A stretch of DNA of 64,000 bases from Candidatus Nanoarchaeia archaeon (GTDB lineage Archaea; Nanobdellota; Nanobdellia; CSSed11-243R1): contig JAQTNH010000001.1 in assembly GCA_028713895.1 (NCBI GenBank), positions 758,610-822,609 of the forward strand, written 5' to 3'. The notes beneath the pieces were generated by a model. It was not told where the DNA came from. It worked only from the letters and a program-made list of their open reading frames with translations, and did no database searches. How positions within the stretch are numbered: position 1 is the first letter of the stretch; every line of letters starts with the position of its first letter. Both the position numbers and the translations under genes were made by a program. Of the stretch, positions 61,701 to 64,000 are shown in pieces.

Positions 61701-64000
61701 CATCCATTGAGTTTGAGCATAACATATACTCTGTTGAATTGAATTCTGTGCTTGCGCATATGCTCCCGGCATAAGCCACTCCAAGGCAGTCCGGGTCTTC
61801 GCAGTCAATGCCTGTGCTTGTGTTGAGCGTGTAATTTGTTCCGCTCCAGTAATATGCATCCAAGTCATTGTCTATGCTGTCAAAGCACGATGCGTTGTTT
61901 ATGTATTCGTTTGTCGGGCATGAGCCTGAACCTGCGCAATCATAATCATCGCAGTCAGCCCCGCTTGAATCATAATTCGGGTCAGGGATGAAAATGTTTT
62001 TCCAGTTTGCCTGGCTGCCCTGCAGCTCCTTGTCATAGTCATTGTCAAATCCATCTGCGCAGTTTGCTTCGAACTGGGCGCATATGCCTGAACTGGTTCC
62101 GCTTCTTGCCCAGCAGGAATATTCATCATAGCAGTCTATCTCCCTTGAGTCGCAGGTTGAGTTGTCTGTGCAGGCGTAATTTGTATAGCCGTCGCCTGTT
62201 GCATCATTGTCAAACAAATCATTGCAGCTGCTTGGCGCTGATGAATAATTTGCTGCGCCTTCAATTGATTCGCAGTACAATGCAGTGCCGCCTGAGTTAT
62301 ACTTCACAGGAGCTGAGCCAGAAAGATACGCCCCTATCCTGCCTGCGCAGTTGGGGTCTTTGCAGTCAACAAGCCCGTCCATGTCATTGTCAAACCCGTC
62401 CCAGCAGGTTGTTTCAGCCGCGTACTCGCAGCGTATCGCATCGCTGGTGACTGCTGTGACCCCTATTTGTATTCCGTTGCAATCAGAATCATTGCAGTCA
62501 TAGCTGTCATAGTTCAAGTCATTGTCTATGCCGTCATTGCATGACTGGCTTGTGGTTTTCTGCGTGCCTGTTATGAATGTTGTTGTGGTGTGCTGAAGCC
62601 GCGAGTCATTTTCATAAATGTTTTCAGGCGCTGTCGCGTCAACATAAATCGTGAAGTTGTGGTCAACAACTGCTGTGCTTCCCACGCCTATGTTCAGGTT
62701 CATGAGATATGAAACATTGTTTATGTTCTGCAGGCTCTCGTTCATTCCCATCTGAAGGTTTCCTGAGAAACCTGTCGTGTCGCTTCCGCTTGCGCGCGAG
62801 GAGCCTGATAAATAATAATAAGGGGCTGTGTCAGGGCCGAGCCACTTGTATGCAAGCGGATTCGGGCCGTAAAGCGAAGTTGTTGCGTTTGAGATATTGA
62901 ATGCTGTTGCCGTGATATTTTTTACAGTAACAAGAACAATATCATTTGTCGCAAAGCTGCGCTCGACTTTTACCTTGAGCTGCCCTGTCTTGTTTATTGT
63001 CTGGGTGTACCATACTGTTGCGCCGCTGTCAGTGAAGTTGCAGATGTTGCCTGTGCAATTTGTTCCGGGAAGCTCCATTGTCCCGATTTCAGAGAAAGTC
63101 CCGAATGTTGCGCCGCGGTTTATTGCGTGCCCGCAGCCCGGGAAAAATATTGTCTGGCAATCAGGGTCAGCGCAGTCAGTTAATCCGTCTGCATCATTGT
63201 CAGTCCCGTCATCGCAGATTCCCTCAAAGAAATGTATCCCGCTGTATTTGTAAACTGAAAATGAGATGTCCCTGTCATCCGCATCATTGTGGCTGAAATA
63301 CATCCGTATGCCTGTTGTCTTTGCAGCATAAGCATTTGCAGCGTCCTTTGCTTTCAGCACCCCGCTGTCATTGTAATACCAATTGTCGGTCTTGGCATAT
63401 ATGGGCGCTGATGTGTTGCTGGTTAAAATCCAGACTCCGCTGCTGTCATACAGGCTGCAGTTTGCAACATACCATGTTGTTTCATATGCCCCGCTGTTGT
63501 TTTCCAATGCGCTGTCCGGGATTGTGTATGAAAAGTTGTATGAATTTGGAGGGGATACTGCCGGTGTTATATTATTAACAGGGATTACAGTCCCGTTTCT
63601 TTGTACAATCGAGCAGTTGAGCGAATAGCCCGGGCCTGCTGAAAGATTCGGGAATATTATGTAAGTTGTGTTAAGAGTTAGTGGTTTTGAATATATCCCT
63701 GTTGTCTCGTAAACTCCCTCTGCAGTCGTGTAATTCATTGTCGGAGGCGCAACTGTTGCTGTGTTGCTTGAGTTATACCAGCCTGTTGCATTTTCTTCGC
63801 CGTCATTTGGCAGCTGCGAGCAGTTGTATTCCTCGCCCATGCCTGCGCCGATTTCAGTCAGGTTAAGAGTCTGGTTAGTGCCGACTATGGACGGAGTCCC
63901 GGTCACATTCCACCAGCGCCAGTAATTGTTGGCGTTGCTGTCGCTGTCTGCATCCGAATAGGTGCCGTTGTCGCAGTTTATTATGTCGGTTGACTGCGGA
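58723..64000 (-). CDS. giant Cys/Asp-repeat surface protein (>1758 aa; N-terminus lies beyond the right window edge), C-terminal TM anchor
   Basis: ORF track 58723..63906; the frame stays open to 64000 (…[29 protein letters not shown]…). At least 10 repeats of the type C.D..DND.DG..DC.D.DC, thrombospondin-type-3-like [15 protein letters not shown] x2, [18 protein letters not shown] linker, many N-x-S/T sequons, [20 protein letters not shown] near the C-terminus. Confidence 0.8.
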   Translation of the reverse strand, partial: PQSTDIINCDNGTYSDADSDSNANNYWRWWNVTGTPSIVGTNQTLNLTEIGAGMGEEYNCSQLPNDGEENATGWYNSSNTATVAPPTMNYTTAEGVYETTGIYSKPLTLNTTYIIFPNLSAGPGYSLNCSIVQRNGTVIPVNNITPAVSPPNSYNFSYTIPDSALENNSGAYETTWYVANCSLYDSSGVWILTSNTSAPIYAKTDNWYYNDSGVLKAKDAANAYAAKTTGIRMYFSHNDADDRDISFSVYKYSGIHFFEGICDDGTDNDADGLTDCADPDCQTIFFPGCGHAINRGATFGTFSEIGTMELPGTNCTGNICNFTDSGATVWYTQTINKTGQLKVKVERSFATNDIVLVTVKNITATAFNISNATTSLYGPNPLAYKWLGPDTAPYYYLSGSSRASGSDTTGFSGNLQMGMNESLQNINNVSYLMNLNIGVGSTAVVDHNFTIYVDATAPENIYENDSRLQHTTTTFITGTQKTTSQSCNDGIDNDLNYDSYDCNDSDCNGIQIGVTAVTSDAIRCEYAAETTCWDGFDNDMDGLVDCKDPNCAGRIGAYLSGSAPVKYNSGGTALYCESIEGAANYSSAPSSCNDLFDNDATGDGYTNYACTDNSTCDSREIDCYDEYSCWARSGTSSGICAQFEANCADGFDNDYDKELQGSQANWKNIFIPDPNYDSSGADCDDYDCAGSGSCPTNEYINNASCFDSIDNDLDAYYWSGTNYTLNTSTGIDCEDPDCLGVAYAGSICASTEFNSTEYMLCSNSMDDDVDSASTNGGQDCMDRNNSYSNAYISNTDCFAAFEWCGPCPTWENNTWNSCANSANDDYDSSGAYLIGGTGGTDCSDSDCNGMIGSTTSSQKCELTTESTCNDSFDNDAQGGIDCADSDCNGNTGPVVSGYSGTCQPSGETSCNDNYDNDADSSMDCIDSGCYSVGSCHAKDWTEASCLSLPAYTTATLGSANDIQINYTSAEHLFPGNFTITFTNLQAITGSDLIFVIGQYPTSPIPFNVTAAEITLSGASAGSFEKTFNNSVLILENNTTVTSVNLKVTIPAQLDTLPATYLNFSFPVLTQTQHGQGNANINTKVYENITTNVTEIEYEPSSSAVNLTYGESMQFRAIPGNDSSGVCSCDFRYTGGSSLESDCVLAVGPIYADVASFSVNATAEDGADNYNSTFYVNPVFSINILPKQDYMNEIAPKFSRQDFDAVNVNSSFLTATGRSWGSTCTFIISNSTGTVYTTGFTGSVSSNRITCQSEIDIPTNVPALDGMYYVTINATDASGYSVVSDRKVFFMCDNLSSSGTGWTCEWADFDSDNATEGYLSAFHSPYNFTCDNCPGISNANQSDSDWDGVGDMCDNCPAVKNSNQSDSDSDGVGDMCEGVTPTPSPGPSGPSAPGGAGGAPAPAVQFVVPEVFTPGEPAFVAFNYSNTGGSEKEMYLFVNLSSPDGTLYRQLTDDYLFIANGTASMSWIKYLNPAVDCSDGYGVYNYSITLMDKWNSTIASAKLSSLMDWCKSAGIANISSDKSSYYTNETATFKTVVLNDGNFNFTSDSLLVSVSLAGKSKEYLLESFNTTLYIGEQKEFTTKSALSTLKQDKYSFAASASYNGTQLDSGSIELSVFAKPIVIKVLGARFDLLTFLLMLAITPLLFLLYKSLCPIRIKESIIGLVGESSSVEFRVQNVGLVNLKKVLLEYTFDSNRIKVSNLSRKPMSTVKAYRKGKTTKTYKWEMPIRIKETQDFKLIVDKIDPNAGIPRLRAIIEKD

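Noticed and set aside
58877-63866. About 25 internal ORFs on both strands inside the giant surface-protein gene
   Set aside because: They are nested in, or antisense to, a single long frame with clear repeat architecture. Their compositions (Ser/Cys/Leu/Pro-rich) are typical of out-of-frame translation.

Overview
This is an archaeal chromosome segment. It carries e-type ribosomal proteins, TFB, aIF1/SUI1, RNase P Rpp29, an Sm protein, NAC, an ATP-dependent DNA ligase and XPD. Genes are compact, overlaps are frequent, and GGTGA-type Shine-Dalgarno sites are common. A small-genome, DPANN-like uncultured archaeon is my inference only. The window holds five blocks:
- **1..8448 (minus):** the ribosomal protein cluster L3-L4-L23-L2-S19-L22-S3-L29-SUI1-Rpp29-S17-L14-L24-S4e-L5-S14-S8.
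- **9.0-12.5 kb:** rtcB, a LAGLIDADG endonuclease gene and archease.
- **12.5-45 kb:** housekeeping genes, including DNA ligase, purE/purB-like/purC-like, RNase Z, XPD, PEP synthase, L10e, L15e, NAC, cell-envelope enzymes and dNTP-metabolism genes.
- **45-58 kb:** tRNAs, small proteins, L37e-Sm, S8e and TFB.
- **58723..64000:** the C-terminal 1758+ codons of a giant Cys/Asp-repeat surface protein that runs off the right edge.

The main theme is an unusual density of bulge-helix-bulge (BHB) splicing substrates. Four of the six tRNA genes carry eight introns in total, five of them at non-canonical positions. tRNA-Ser has three, and tRNA-Ala has a 4-nt micro-exon. The gene for the exon ligase RtcB is itself interrupted by two perfect BHB mini-introns of 23 and 29 nt. 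Removing them restores the reading frame and the conserved active-site block.

Other notable items:
- an orphan tRNA 3' half next to tRNA-Ala;
- a canonical BHB fold in a gene leader;
- a 26-nt tandem-half-site element placed upstream of TATA boxes of three nucleic-acid-enzyme genes;
- hairpin repeat families shared between a tRNA intron, a tRNA leader and intergenic regions.

No rRNA, CRISPR array or transposase was seen.
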